A stretch of 47,922 nt of DNA from contig PLZH01000125.1 of assembly GCA_003152055.1 (NCBI GenBank), positions 1-47,922 of the forward strand, in the 5' to 3' direction. Shown here piece by piece: positions 1 to 9,168 of the stretch (positions are counted from its first letter, which is position 1; each line of letters begins with the position of its first letter). The stretch is from Burkholderiales bacterium (GTDB lineage: Bacteria; Pseudomonadota; Gammaproteobacteria; Burkholderiales; Burkholderiaceae_C). Position numbers and translations under genes: made by a program. The notes beneath the pieces are model-generated. The model did no database searches. It was not told the origin of the DNA and saw only the letters and a program-made list of their open reading frames with translations.

Positions 1-72
1 AATGCGCACTCGACGAGCTCAAGACGACTAGATTCGACTTAGAAGGGGCGTTGCGGCGTGGCGGCTGGGTTT

Positions 73-2133
73 TCACTCGTCGTCGCGCACCTTGAACTCG
101 CTGACGAGTTGCTCCTGCGTGTTCGGCGGCACCGGCTCGTAGTGCGAGAAGTCGATCGTGTACCGGCCCTGGCCGCTGGTCAGCGCGTTGAGCTTGCTCT
201 GGTAGCCGAGCAGTTCCGACATTGGCGCCTGGCCGAGGACGGTCATCGTGCCGGGCGCACCGTTGGCTGTGCCGCTAACTATGCCGCGGCGCGACGCCAG
301 GTCGCCGGTGATGTCGCCCAGCGCCGGCTCGGGCGCCGTGATCTCGACGTGCACGATGGGCTCGAGCACGATCGGCCGCGCCTCGCGCACCGCGGCCGTG
401 AAGGCCCTGCGGCCCGCCGTGACGAAGGCGATCTCCTTGCTGTCGACGCTGTGGTGCTTGCCGTCGTAGACGACCACCCGCACATCGACCACCGGGTGGC
501 CGGTGATGGCGCCGGTGGCTAGCACCTCGCGCACGCCCTTTTCCACCGCCGGAATGAACTGGCTCGGGATCGTGCCGCCCCTGACCTGGTCGACGAACTC
601 GAAGCCGCCGCCGCGCGGCAGCGGCTCGACGCGCAAGAAGACCTCGCCGAACTGGCCGGCGCCGCCGCTTTGCTTCTTGTGGCGGTGGTGGCCCTCGGCC
701 GGCGCCGTGATCGTTTCGCGGTAGGCGATGCGCGGCGGCCTCGTGTTGACCTCGAAGCGATAGGTCTCGCGCAGCCGCTCCAGCAGCACCCGCAAGTGCA
801 ACTCGCCGAGGCCGTAGACGATGGTCTCATTGGTGCCGGCCACATGCTCCAGCTTCAGGCAGGGGTCTTCATCGACCAGCTTGGTCAGGATCTCCCACAT
901 CCGCTGTTCGTCGCCGTGGCGCTTGGGCTCGATGGCCAGGCCGTGCACGGGCTTGGGAAAGGGCAGCGGCGCGAGGTGGATGTGGTCATCCTCGGCGGCG
1001 TCGTGCAGCACCGCGTCGAAGCGGATCTCGTCGACCTTGGCCACCGCGACGATATCGCCCGGCAGCGCCTGCGCCACCTCGACATGGTCCTTGCCCTGGA
1101 GCATGAACAGGTGGCTCACCTTGAAGGGCTTGCGGCCGTCGTCGATGTACAGCAGTCTGTCCTTCGTGACCGTGCCCTGGTGGACGCGGAACACGCCCAG
1201 CCGGCCGACGAAGGGATCGACCGTGACCTTGAACACATGGGCCAGCACATGCCGGCCCGGGTCGGGCACGGCGGCCAGCGGCTCGGCCGCCGTGCCCTCG
1301 CCGCGCAGGAAAGCCGGCGGGTTGGCCTCGCCCGGGTGGGGCAGCAGCTTGACGATGATGTCGAGCAGCTCGGCCACGCCCGCGCCGTTCTTGGCCGACA
1401 CAAAGCACACCGGGATCAGGTGCCCCTCGCGCAGCGCCTGTTCCAGCGGCGCGTGCAGTTCCGAGGCATCGACGTCGCCGTCGTTGAGGTAGCGGTCGAC
1501 GAAATCGACATCCACTTCCACGACCTGCTCGACCAGTGCGCGGTGGGCGACGTCGACGCTGCCGAAGTCGCTGTGGCCTTCGCGGTTGTGGAAGCAGTCC
1601 ACGACCCGCGTGCCGCCGGCATCGGGCAGGTTCAGCGGCAGGCATTCCTTGCCGAACGCAGCCTGGATCTGCGCCAGCACGGCGGGCAGATCGACGCCGG
1701 GAGCGTCGATCTTGTTGACGATGATCAGGCGGTCGCGCTGGCGCGCTGCCGCATGTTCCATCATGCGCACGGCCATTGGCTCCACGCCGACCGCCGCGTT
1801 GATGACCACGGCCGCCGTCTCCACCGCCTCGAGCGCGGGCAGGCTCTGGCCCAGGAAATCGGGTGCGCCAGGCGTGTCGATGAAGTGAACTCGCGTGTCG
1901 CCACGCATCAGGTGGAGCACGGTGGCGTTGAGCGAATGCTGCATTCGCCGCTCCAGCGGGTCGAAGTCGCTGGCCGTGGTGCCGCGCTCCAGGGTGCCCG
2001 GGGTGACGATCGCGCCCGCGGCAGCCAGCAGCGCTTCGGCCAGACTCGTCTTGCCGGCGGCGGCGGGGCCGACCAGCGCGAGCGTGCGGATCGATTCGAT
2101 TCCAACGCCGGCGCCTGGAAGTGGGCTTGGCAT
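73..2133 (-). CDS. Elongation factor G-like GTPase (EF-G2/FusA paralog)
   Basis: G1 GPAAAGKTS, G3 DTPG, G4 NKID; domain III/IV motifs GLGELHL, YRETI, KKQSGGAGQFG, HSVDS, LEPI; AAGGAG RBS upstream. Confidence 0.93.
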   Translation of the reverse strand: MPSPLPGAGVGIESIRTLALVGPAAAGKTSLAEALLAAAGAIVTPGTLERGTTASDFDPLERRMQHSLNATVLHLMRGDTRVHFIDTPGAPDFLGQSLPALEAVETAAVVINAAVGVEPMAVRMMEHAAARQRDRLIIVNKIDAPGVDLPAVLAQIQAAFGKECLPLNLPDAGGTRVVDCFHNREGHSDFGSVDVAHRALVEQVVEVDVDFVDRYLNDGDVDASELHAPLEQALREGHLIPVCFVSAKNGAGVAELLDIIVKLLPHPGEANPPAFLRGEGTAAEPLAAVPDPGRHVLAHVFKVTVDPFVGRLGVFRVHQGTVTKDRLLYIDDGRKPFKVSHLFMLQGKDHVEVAQALPGDIVAVAKVDEIRFDAVLHDAAEDDHIHLAPLPFPKPVHGLAIEPKRHGDEQRMWEILTKLVDEDPCLKLEHVAGTNETIVYGLGELHLRVLLERLRETYRFEVNTRPPRIAYRETITAPAEGHHRHKKQSGGAGQFGEVFLRVEPLPRGGGFEFVDQVRGGTIPSQFIPAVEKGVREVLATGAITGHPVVDVRVVVYDGKHHSVDSKEIAFVTAGRRAFTAAVREARPIVLEPIVHVEITAPEPALGDITGDLASRRGIVSGTANGAPGTMTVLGQAPMSELLGYQSKLNALTSGQGRYTIDFSHYEPVPPNTQEQLVSEFKVRDDE

Positions 2134-2558
2134 GCGGGTATCTCCTTTAGCAGTTGCCGGCAGGCATCCCAGCAGGCGATGGTTCTACGGTCCGGCGCTG
2201 GATTATGGAATCCCGGAGCGTGGCGCCCATCTGCAGGCGATCAGCGCCGGCCCGGCTTTCGGTAGAGCTCTTTGCGGCGATCGCTGGGTTGCGCTCGAGC
2301 AGGCGGTCGGCGCTTGCGTCGGAACTTGGCGCGAAATACATCGCCCTCCGCAAAGGCCACGCTGGTGCGCGCTCTTCGGCATGCGGCGCCTTGAAGCACC
2401 GCTCAGCCCCCGCTGCCGGCGCCGAGCCGATCTCTCGGGCGTTGGCGTGCATGGGAACCATGTCCCATCTCCGGCTCGTCGACGTCAGTGACCGCTTCCT
2501 GCCGCACCGTGCGTGATGCCAACCGGCCGAGTCTGGCCGATGCCCGACAAGCTCGCAC

Positions 2559-3341
2559 TCACGCTTCGCCCTCGCCGCAGAGCGCCGCCAGCACTTCGCC
2601 AATCGGCTCCCGGATCACGGCATCCGCCATCTCGTCCATCACCGTCGGCTGTTCGTTGACGATGACGATCCCCGCGCCCGTACGCGCCGCGAGGGGCACC
2701 ATGCCCGCCACCGGATGGACCTGCAGCGTCGTGCCGATGGCGATCAGCAGATCGGCCTCGGCCGCCGCAGTCATCGCGCGGTCGATCACCTCGGGTACGA
2801 GCGCCTGGCCGAACGAGATGGTGTCGCTCTTCAGGATGCCGCCGCATTCGAGGCAATGCGGGTCTTCCTCGCCGGCGCGCACCCGAGCGAGTGCCTCGCC
2901 CATCGGCGCGCGGCGGCCGCACTGCCAGCACATCACGCGGCGCATGCTGCCGTGCACCTCGATCACGAGCCGCGATGACTGGCCGGCGCGCTGGTGCAAC
3001 TCGTCGATGTTCTGGGTGACGAGCGCATGCAGCTTGCCGCGCCGCTCGAGCGCGACGAGGGCGCGGTGGCCAGCGTTCGGTTCGGCCGTCCATGCCGGCG
3101 AGTCCAGGCGCGCTCGCCACGCGGCCTTGCGCACCTCGGGGTCGGCGAGGTAGTGCACGATCGTCGACTGCTTCTCGGCCGCGGGGTTCTTCGTCCATAC
3201 GCCCCGTGGGCCGCGGAAATCCGGGATGCCCGATTCGGTCGACATGCCGGCGCCAGTGAGGGCGACGACACACCGTGCTGAGTCGATCAAGCGGCGGGCC
3301 GCGTCGAGCGCGGTGGGATCTGGCACGGGCGGTTGCAGCAT
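2559..3341 (-). CDS. cobB: NAD-dependent protein deacylase, sirtuin (Sir2/CobB family)
   Basis: TGAGMSTESGIPDFRG, TQNID, catalytic HG, zinc-binding CWQC...CLEC; start placed at ATG 3341 rather than the extended ORF start at 3521. Confidence 0.9.
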   Translation of the reverse strand: MLQPPVPDPTALDAARRLIDSARCVVALTGAGMSTESGIPDFRGPRGVWTKNPAAEKQSTIVHYLADPEVRKAAWRARLDSPAWTAEPNAGHRALVALERRGKLHALVTQNIDELHQRAGQSSRLVIEVHGSMRRVMCWQCGRRAPMGEALARVRAGEEDPHCLECGGILKSDTISFGQALVPEVIDRAMTAAAEADLLIAIGTTLQVHPVAGMVPLAARTGAGIVIVNEQPTVMDEMADAVIREPIGEVLAALCGEGEA

Positions 3342-3438
3342 GGAACGATCATCGTAGCGTTCGCGCGGCCTCAAGCCGCGTGACCCATGTGGCGCATTGG
3401 GCGATACTGACTCGACCAAAGCAAGAGGAGACATCGAC

Positions 3439-4009
3439 ATGGGCCAGCTCCACGTATCGGCCGGCATCTGCACGCGATCATCGCTCGCTTTTGGCGCCCT
3501 CATCGCCATCGCTGCATGCACGACCGCCGTGCCGCCGCGGCCGATGGCCGCCGACCCGGCAGCGGCCTGCGCCGTGCTCGGACTCGACCGACCCTGACCT
3601 CTCGGCCTTCGCGCGGCGCGGCGGCAAGCTTGTTGTCAGCGAGCACATGGCCGACTACGCGCAGAGCCCTTATGCCGGCATCGAGTACTGGAAGAGCGTT
3701 GTCGAGCGCATGGGCCGCGGCCCGACTGACGACTTCATGCGCCTTTACGTCACACCCGGCGCGGACCATGTCGGCACCGGCGCGCCAACGATGGTCGACA
3801 TGCTCGGCGTGCTCATCGCCTGGGTGGAGCATGGCCGAGCGCCCGGCGACCTGGTCCAGGTGTCGCTGCAGGACGCGCCCCCGCACGGCGAGACCATGAG
3901 CCGGCCGATGTGTCGCTATCCGACGTATCCGCGGTACGTCGGCACGGGCGGAGTGGGCGACGCGAAGACGGCGGCGTCGTTCGAGTGCGCGTCATCGAGC
4001 GGGCGCTGA
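3439..4009 (+). pseudogene. Tannase/feruloyl esterase family hydrolase with large internal deletion and frameshift
   Basis: AGAGGAG RBS and ATG 3439 give a lipoprotein-like signal (LIAIAAC...DPAAAC) that stops at 3597; another frame from about 3580 gives the family C-terminus (DPDLSAFARRGGKL, RLYVTPGADH, WVEHGRAP, RPMCRYP); the catalytic core is missing. Confidence 0.75.
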
Positions 4010-4121
4010 AGGCATCCCACGCGATGTGGCGAGCGCTTGCGGCGACTGGCACTGGCGCACGGATGACGAGATCAACCAGCGTCGGCTAGGCGCATGGTGA
4101 CGTGATGGTCGGCGCGAACGT

Positions 4122-4204
4122 CCCAGCTCCACCATTTGAAGGACTCATGGCGTGCCAGGACGTCCATCCAGAAACCGCCAAGCAGCGAAAAAAACAAGCG
4201 ATTG
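4122..4204 (+). other. Possible att-site relic: tmRNA/tRNA-Ala-like 3' end followed by IHF-like site
   Basis: CCAGCTCCACCA at 4123-4134 without an upstream cloverleaf; AAACAA-GCGA-TTG at 4192-4204 is one mismatch from WATCAA-N4-TTR. Confidence 0.35.
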
Positions 4205-4279
4205 AGTCAGATGACGACATCAGGATCGCTGCATCCATGGTGTGTCACGTAGCTCGAGCATCGTCTTCCGAACGGCCTC

Positions 4280-4753
4280 TCAGCGCCCAGGGTCGTTCGC
4301 AGCCTTGCGTGGCCATAGCGGACCGATAGCGTCTAGCGTGTTCTTGAGCACCAGGCCGAGTTCGGTGTCACCTTCCATAACCAGCACTCGCTCGAAGAAC
4401 AGGCGATCTGGATCGTCTTCACCTCGCAGCAAGCGCAGGTAACTATCGGCGGTGGCGGCGATGCGCAAGGCTGCCTCACCCTGGTCACCGACAGGTGCAA
4501 AGCCGGACGGCGTGATCTGCAGTCGCACTCGTAGTCCGAAGTCGGTGACCCGCAGTTCTACGCAACGATGGCTGAGCGCTTGTCGGGCGTCGGCTGGCAA
4601 GCGATGCAGAAGCACACGGTCCAACACGCGCGCTATCACGAATGAAGGCGGTGTCACCGGAAGTCGTTCCACCCACCCGGAGATTCGACGATGAAGCGGA
4701 GCGAGGAATGCCGGCAGGCCTGCCGGGACTCCGAGGGCGGGGCGGGTGTTCAC
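4280..4753 (-). CDS. ubiT: UbiT, SCP2 lipid-binding accessory factor of anaerobic ubiquinone synthesis
   Basis: DPDRLFFERVLVMEGDTELGLVLKNTLDA signature; GTGA overlap with the ubiV stop. Confidence 0.88.
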   Translation of the reverse strand: MNTRPALGVPAGLPAFLAPLHRRISGWVERLPVTPPSFVIARVLDRVLLHRLPADARQALSHRCVELRVTDFGLRVRLQITPSGFAPVGDQGEAALRIAATADSYLRLLRGEDDPDRLFFERVLVMEGDTELGLVLKNTLDAIGPLWPRKAANDPGR

Positions 4754-5703
4754 GCGTCGCTCCACGTCATGCCTGGCAAGCCGCGCGCGTAGCCATTGCT
4801 GAAGGGCCCAGGCATGCCGCTGTCCACCCAGGCCGCGACGCGCCCGTCCACGGCTTTGCCCAAGTTCATCACTGCGTCGAAATCGTTCAGCACCTCGGTA
4901 AAGCCCTGGGCACAGGGTGACAGCCGCAGGCGTGTGACGCCGGCAGCGCGCAGCGCCGGACCATCCCCCAGCAGGTTCTGAACCGCCGCAGACTGCGTCT
5001 GCGTACCGTTAAGCACCAGAAACGGCTGGCCTTCGGTGGAGGAGACCAACAGCCCGTCGGGATCGGCCAGGCAGCGGAATCCGCAGTCATCCTTGGACAC
5101 ATGATGGTGGCGCGCCGTAAAGCAGCGCGCCGAAAACGCCAACGGCAATCGCCCGAAGACCCAGGCCTCGGTCGCGATCACCTCGCCTGTGGGCGTTCGA
5201 ACCGGATCCTGCGACGGATTGACAAGTGCCACCTTGTCGAGCGCCAGTTCCACGGGCGCCACCCAGCGCTGCGCCCCCAGGTCTGCGTGTTCGACGAGGG
5301 CCTCGCGACTGTAGATGTTGAGGTGTGGCCCGAGTACCAATGGCACGCGCCCGGCAAGCAACTGCAGCGCCGAGGCGTCGCCGGCCTCGACGGCGAAGCT
5401 TTGCTGCTCGGCTTGGCGCTCCAGCAACCGCAGGTCGGCTTCGGTCTCGATCAGCGTCTGCGCGACGAGCACGACCTCTTTGCCTGCGTCCGTCAGATCG
5501 CGGCCGAGCGCAAGCCAGTCGTCGAGGCGAAGTTCGCGCCGCCGCGCACACACGGCTTCGCCGAGCACGATCGTATCTGCCGGGCCGTCCGCCAGGCTGG
5601 CATAAAAATGCATCAGGGTGTCACGCGACCAGTGATAGAGCACCGGTCCGACGGTCAATGCCAAGCGGGATGGCGTAGAGGATGTGTTCAGCGGTGCGTT
5701 CAT
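4750..5703 (-). CDS. ubiV: UbiV, U32 peptidase-family Fe-S protein
   Basis: LTVGPVLYHW, LGEAVCARR, GRLPLAFSARCFTAR, DDCGFRC, LNGTQTQS; directly downstream of ubiU. Confidence 0.92.
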   Translation of the reverse strand: MNAPLNTSSTPSRLALTVGPVLYHWSRDTLMHFYASLADGPADTIVLGEAVCARRRELRLDDWLALGRDLTDAGKEVVLVAQTLIETEADLRLLERQAEQQSFAVEAGDASALQLLAGRVPLVLGPHLNIYSREALVEHADLGAQRWVAPVELALDKVALVNPSQDPVRTPTGEVIATEAWVFGRLPLAFSARCFTARHHHVSKDDCGFRCLADPDGLLVSSTEGQPFLVLNGTQTQSAAVQNLLGDGPALRAAGVTRLRLSPCAQGFTEVLNDFDAVMNLGKAVDGRVAAWVDSGMPGPFSNGYARGLPGMTWSDA

Positions 5704-5719
5704 GCGAGCAGCCCCGGGG

Positions 5720-6736
5720 TTAGCGCCACGGGCGGTTGTACGCGCCGAGCGTGTGATGCTGGCCCTCGGCATGGCGGGCCAGCGTGGCGGACCATTCCGG
5801 CTGCACGCTGTAGCGACCCTGCGCCGAGCAGGCCTGGTCGATCGCGGCCCGCCAGACACGCGTGACCTGTTCCACATAGGCCGCGCTGCGCTGCCGACCT
5901 TCGATCTTGATCGCCTTCACGCCCAGCTCGACCAGTTCGGGCAGGATCGCAAGCGTGTTCAGGCTGGTTGGCTCCTCGAGTGCGTAGTCACGTTCGCCCT
6001 GAACCACGAAGCGGCCCTTGCACAGGGTCGGGTAGCCGCGTGGCTCGTCGGGCGCGTAGCAGTCGATCAACACGCCGTTCAGGCGAGCTTGCACGCCTGC
6101 AGCGCCGTCCTGCCAGCGCACAGCCGAGGGTGGCGAGCAGACTCCGGCATTGTTGGGCGACTGCCCGGTCGCATAGGACGACAGCGCACAGCGGCCTTCC
6201 ACCATCACACAAAGGCTGCCGAAGCCGAACACCTCGATATCGACTTCGGTGTGTCGAATCACCTGACCGACCTGCTGCATGGTCAGAACACGGGGCAAGA
6301 CCGCACGCTGGACGCCGTAACGGCGACGGTAGAACTCGATCGCCGCATGACTCGTGGCCGAGGCCTGGACAGACAGGTGCAGGCGCAACGTAGGGTAATG
6401 ATCGCGGCAATAGGCCATCACTGCGCTGTCGGCGACGATCAATGCGTCGGCGCCCAGCGCGACCGCCTTGTCCACGGCGCGCCGCCAGGGGCCCGGGTCG
6501 CGCGCGTCGGCAAAGGTGTTGAGCGCCATCAGCACTCGGGCTCCTTGCCTGTGGGCGTAGGTCACGCCCTCGCGGATCTGCGCGTCGTCGAAATTCAGGC
6601 CTGCGAAATTGCGGGCGTTCGTCGCATCTTTCAACCCGAGATAGACGGCGTCCGCGCCGGCATCGACGGCGGCCTTCAATGCGCGCAACGAGCCGGCAGG
6701 GCACACAAGTTCGGGTGCAGTCCGCAGGTCTTTCAT
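5720..6736 (-). CDS. ubiU: UbiU, U32 peptidase-family Fe-S hydroxylase subunit
   Basis: ELVCPAG, NARNFAGLNF, FGSLCVMVEGRCALSSY, GVCSP, PTLCKGRF, KIEGRQRS, TLGAYNRPW; start at ATG 6736. Confidence 0.94.
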   Translation of the reverse strand: MKDLRTAPELVCPAGSLRALKAAVDAGADAVYLGLKDATNARNFAGLNFDDAQIREGVTYAHRQGARVLMALNTFADARDPGPWRRAVDKAVALGADALIVADSAVMAYCRDHYPTLRLHLSVQASATSHAAIEFYRRRYGVQRAVLPRVLTMQQVGQVIRHTEVDIEVFGFGSLCVMVEGRCALSSYATGQSPNNAGVCSPPSAVRWQDGAAGVQARLNGVLIDCYAPDEPRGYPTLCKGRFVVQGERDYALEEPTSLNTLAILPELVELGVKAIKIEGRQRSAAYVEQVTRVWRAAIDQACSAQGRYSVQPEWSATLARHAEGQHHTLGAYNRPWR

Positions 6737-6805
6737 CACGATACCTTTCAATCCCGCACGAACAGAGCAAGCCGACGTGCAGTCACGCATGACTAAACCG
6801 GCCGC

Positions 6806-6846
6806 ACTGTAGGCCGATTCGTCGGCGTCGGTTTGATGCACGGCAA
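6806..6846 (-). promoter_or_regulatory. FNR-type box and -10 element for ubiUVT
   Basis: TTGAT-GCAC-GGCAA at 6833-6846 (8/10 to TTGAT-N4-ATCAA); TACAGT on the minus strand at 6806-6811, near class II spacing. Confidence 0.75.
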
Positions 6847-6859
6847 GCTTATGGAAGTC

Positions 6860-7035
6860 TCATGAACGACGCAGCGTGCTGATGCGCTTGCGCCGGCTGA
6901 CCTTCAAGCGCAACTGCGGCCCTTCGAGGCGATCCAGCCGGTGCATGCGCTATTTGTTCACTTCCCACCCTTCGCGTTGCAGCATGACCTGGATGCGCAA
7001 GTAGCCGAATCCGAGGCCGGGCTGGCGGCGCGCCA
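6860..7035 (-). mobile_element. Degenerate IS3-family transposase (OrfB HTH region) fragment
   Basis: Minus-strand translation FGYLRIQVMLQREGWEVNK*RMHRLDRLEGPQLRLKVSRRKRIS matches the IS3/IS407 RPRFGYxRIxxLLRREGWxVNxKRVxRLYRxEGL pattern; internal TAG; too short for the ORF track. Confidence 0.75.
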
Positions 7036-7037
7036 GC

Positions 7038-7275
7038 TCAATACAGCAGGTAGCGCTTTCGCCGCGCCAGGAAGTCATCTAGGCCTTGCTGCCAGTGCGA
7101 GGCGACGGTGCGGAGATCGACGCCGTCGCGCAGTTCCAGCAACGTCTGCTCGGAGCCGATGAGCGCCCGCGTCTTGTCGATCTCGAAGACCTCGGGCCAG
7201 AGGCGATGCAGCCTGCGTACGAGCAGCGCACCGAGCAGCGGGGCGTCCAAGTGCTCGCGGTCGAGCACGCGCGTG
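7038..7275 (-). pseudogene. C-terminal fragment of DUF1343/NamZ-like protein
   Basis: LDAPLLGALLVRRLHRLWPEVF...LIGS...WQQGLDDFLARRKRYLLY* resembles the characteristic C-terminus; no N-terminal part. Confidence 0.65.
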
Positions 7276-7477
7276 CCGAGACGCTGGGGGCGGTTGCGGT
7301 ACCGAAGTCGAACTGGCCTTGCTCGTCGGTTCGGCACACTTCACCTGCGGCCACCACGGTCGCGTGCGCGATCGCTTCGCCGGTAGTGCCATCCCGCACC
7401 ACGCCATCGAGCGCCTGCGCGCCGAACACGAAGGCTGCGAGGGCGAACGCGACGAAGTGGTGCGGCCGGCGCTTCAC
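7270..7477 (-). pseudogene. N-terminal fragment of a secreted protein with carboxypeptidase-regulatory-like domain
   Basis: Signal peptide MKRRPHHFVAFALAAFVFGAQA then GVVRDGTTGEAIAHATV...TDEQGQF; similarity breaks near 7270. Confidence 0.55.
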
Positions 7478-7776
7478 GACGCCTCCGCGATCGCGAAGGC
7501 GGCTTCAAGAATCTCGCAGGTGTTACCGGCCTTCGAGAACAATCGGGCCCGCGTGTAGCGCGCCAGGTCTTGCGTGATCGTCAGCCTGCCGTGGGCGCCC
7601 GCGCCCTTGGCATGCACGACGCGCTCGGGCACCCGCTCGCGGTTGAAGTGGGCCATCTTCTCCATGAGCTGATAGTCCTGCATCAGCACCGGGCCACGCG
7701 GCCCGGCGGTCTGGGAGTTCTGGTTGTCCGCGACCGGCGTGCCGGCAGCAGTGGTCTTGACAGGGCATTTGTTCAA
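7474..7776 (-). pseudogene. Truncated monofunctional heme catalase (about the first 90 residues)
   Basis: GGAG RBS and TTG 7776; [27 protein letters not shown]...[21 protein letters not shown]; homology ends near 7510 and the ORF stops at 7474. Confidence 0.85.
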
Positions 7777-7989
7777 GGACGACTCCCAAAGTAATGCAAC
7801 CGCCCGCGCGTTCGACAGTGCCGCGTGGGCCAATGTGCGCGCCGTGCCGTCCGCCGTCTGTCCGCTGCGGCACCGAACCCGGGTGTTGTGCGCGTCGGTC
7901 GGCACCGTCTCAGTTCGGCCGTGAGCAGACCTTCGCCCCGCATCCGAGATTCGGACGGCGCCTGCGGGCCGGAAACAGGTTGTTCCGCT

Positions 7990-8643
7990 TCATGCCGCGG
8001 GGCTGGACTTCGGGTAGCCCACCGTCTGCGCCAGCAGCACCTGCTGATCGACGCCCAGCTTCATCGCTGCGCTCAGCGGATCACGGTCGATCCAGGCGCG
8101 GATCACGGTCGCCAAGCCCTGCCAAGCACAGTACAGATACACGTTCTGCGCCATCGCACCGGCCGTCGCGTAGGCGTAGTCCTCGCGCTGCTCGTCTCGC
8201 ACCAACTGCACTCGGCTGTCATCGGCCACAAACACCAAATCCAGCGCCGCCTCGCCGGTGAAGTCCTGGTTTCCGGTCATGGCGCGGATGTCCTGGGGCA
8301 CCGCCAGACGAAGCACGTGGCCAGCCGGCTCGTAGCGATACAGACCCTCAGGCAAGGCCACGTAGACATCGATCTCCTGGCAGTTCATCGCCCTCGGCGC
8401 AGTGCGCCCGCCGAGCGCCGGGCGGTTGACGCCGCAAGCTGCCCACAACAGGTCGGCCAGCATCTGCTCGGGCAAAGCCGTGGGCGCGAACTCGCGTTGC
8501 GACCGCCGCTGCCGCAGGGCCTCCATCAGGCCGCCGTTCGAGCACGCGGGCGGCAAGGCCAGCGTCGCCGCCGAATCACCGCGCGCCGGCCGAACCTCAA
8601 GCTGACCCATCGGGCCGAACCCCGACCGGTTCGGCGCGCTCAC
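7990..8643 (-). CDS. Nitroreductase family protein (SagB/ThcOx-like), copy 1
   Basis: EALRQRRSQREF, LLWAACGVNR, GGRTAP, AMAQNVYLYC, QTVGYP; GTG 8643 aligns with the start of the paralog at 11833. Confidence 0.85.
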   Translation of the reverse strand: MSAPNRSGFGPMGQLEVRPARGDSAATLALPPACSNGGLMEALRQRRSQREFAPTALPEQMLADLLWAACGVNRPALGGRTAPRAMNCQEIDVYVALPEGLYRYEPAGHVLRLAVPQDIRAMTGNQDFTGEAALDLVFVADDSRVQLVRDEQREDYAYATAGAMAQNVYLYCAWQGLATVIRAWIDRDPLSAAMKLGVDQQVLLAQTVGYPKSSPAA

Positions 8644-8675
8644 ACCAGCCCGACCCGCAACGCGGGAACTACCTG

Positions 8676-8834
8676 TCACAACCGCCCCAAAACCAGCAGC
8701 ACGATGACGATGACCACCACCAAGCCCAGCACGCCACTGGGCGCATAGCCCCAACTTCTGCTGTAAGGCCAACTCGGAATGGCGCCGATCAGTATCAGGA
8801 TCAGAACGATCAACAGTATGGTTCCCAAACTCAT
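8676..8834 (-). CDS. DUF3309 family small membrane protein (52 aa)
   Basis: AAGGAG RBS; MSLGTILLIVLILILIGAIPSWPYSRSWGYAPSGVLGLVVVIVIVLLVLGRL*; below the ORF-track cutoff. Confidence 0.88.
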   Translation of the reverse strand: MSLGTILLIVLILILIGAIPSWPYSRSWGYAPSGVLGLVVVIVIVLLVLGRL

Positions 8835-8940
8835 GGCTTTCTCCTTGAAGTTGTGAGTCGGTCGATCCGGTTCGCTGCAGGCGACTTCACGAAGCGCATG
8901 CCAGCGCTACGCTTTGTAGCGGTCTCGGTCAGCGTCCGAC

Positions 8941-8954
8941 TTGATCTGCATCAA
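8941..8954. promoter_or_regulatory. Perfect FNR-type box
   Basis: TTGAT-CTGC-ATCAA between divergent DUF3309 and BON/CsbD units; TACAAA on the minus strand at 8913-8918 at class II spacing. Confidence 0.8.
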
Positions 8955-8989
8955 CCGAGGCTGCCCGGTATGTTCGATAGTGAACACAG

Positions 8990-9110
8990 CGCAGTGGACG
9001 ACGCGTCCGGAGCTGGAAAGGAATGTGAAACGCACGCTCGACGCGAGGCAGCCACGCGCGGCGTGAACGGGGTGATGTCGGTCAGCAACGAGATCGCCGT
9101 TCGCCTCTGA
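8990..9110 (+). pseudogene. BON (OsmY-like) domain C-terminal remnant
   Basis: AATRGVNGVMSVSNEIAVRL* matches a BON domain end; no credible N-terminus. Confidence 0.55.
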
Positions 9111-9168
9111 GTTCTTGCACGAATTCTGGCTCGTGGTTTTTGTCAATTCACCATCGAAGGAGATTCAG

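Noticed and set aside
2147-2558. Short ORFs between the EF-G paralog and the sirtuin
   Set aside because: No recognisable motif, RBS or consistent codon bias; treated as intergenic
2559-3341. Sir2 protein as anti-phage effector (Thoeris/DSR-like)
   Set aside because: Compact zinc-binding CobB-type deacylase with no fused defence domains or defence neighbours
4060-4134. Complete tRNA or tmRNA gene ending in CCACCA
   Set aside because: No T-loop GTTC or acceptor-stem partner upstream; only the 3' 12-mer matches
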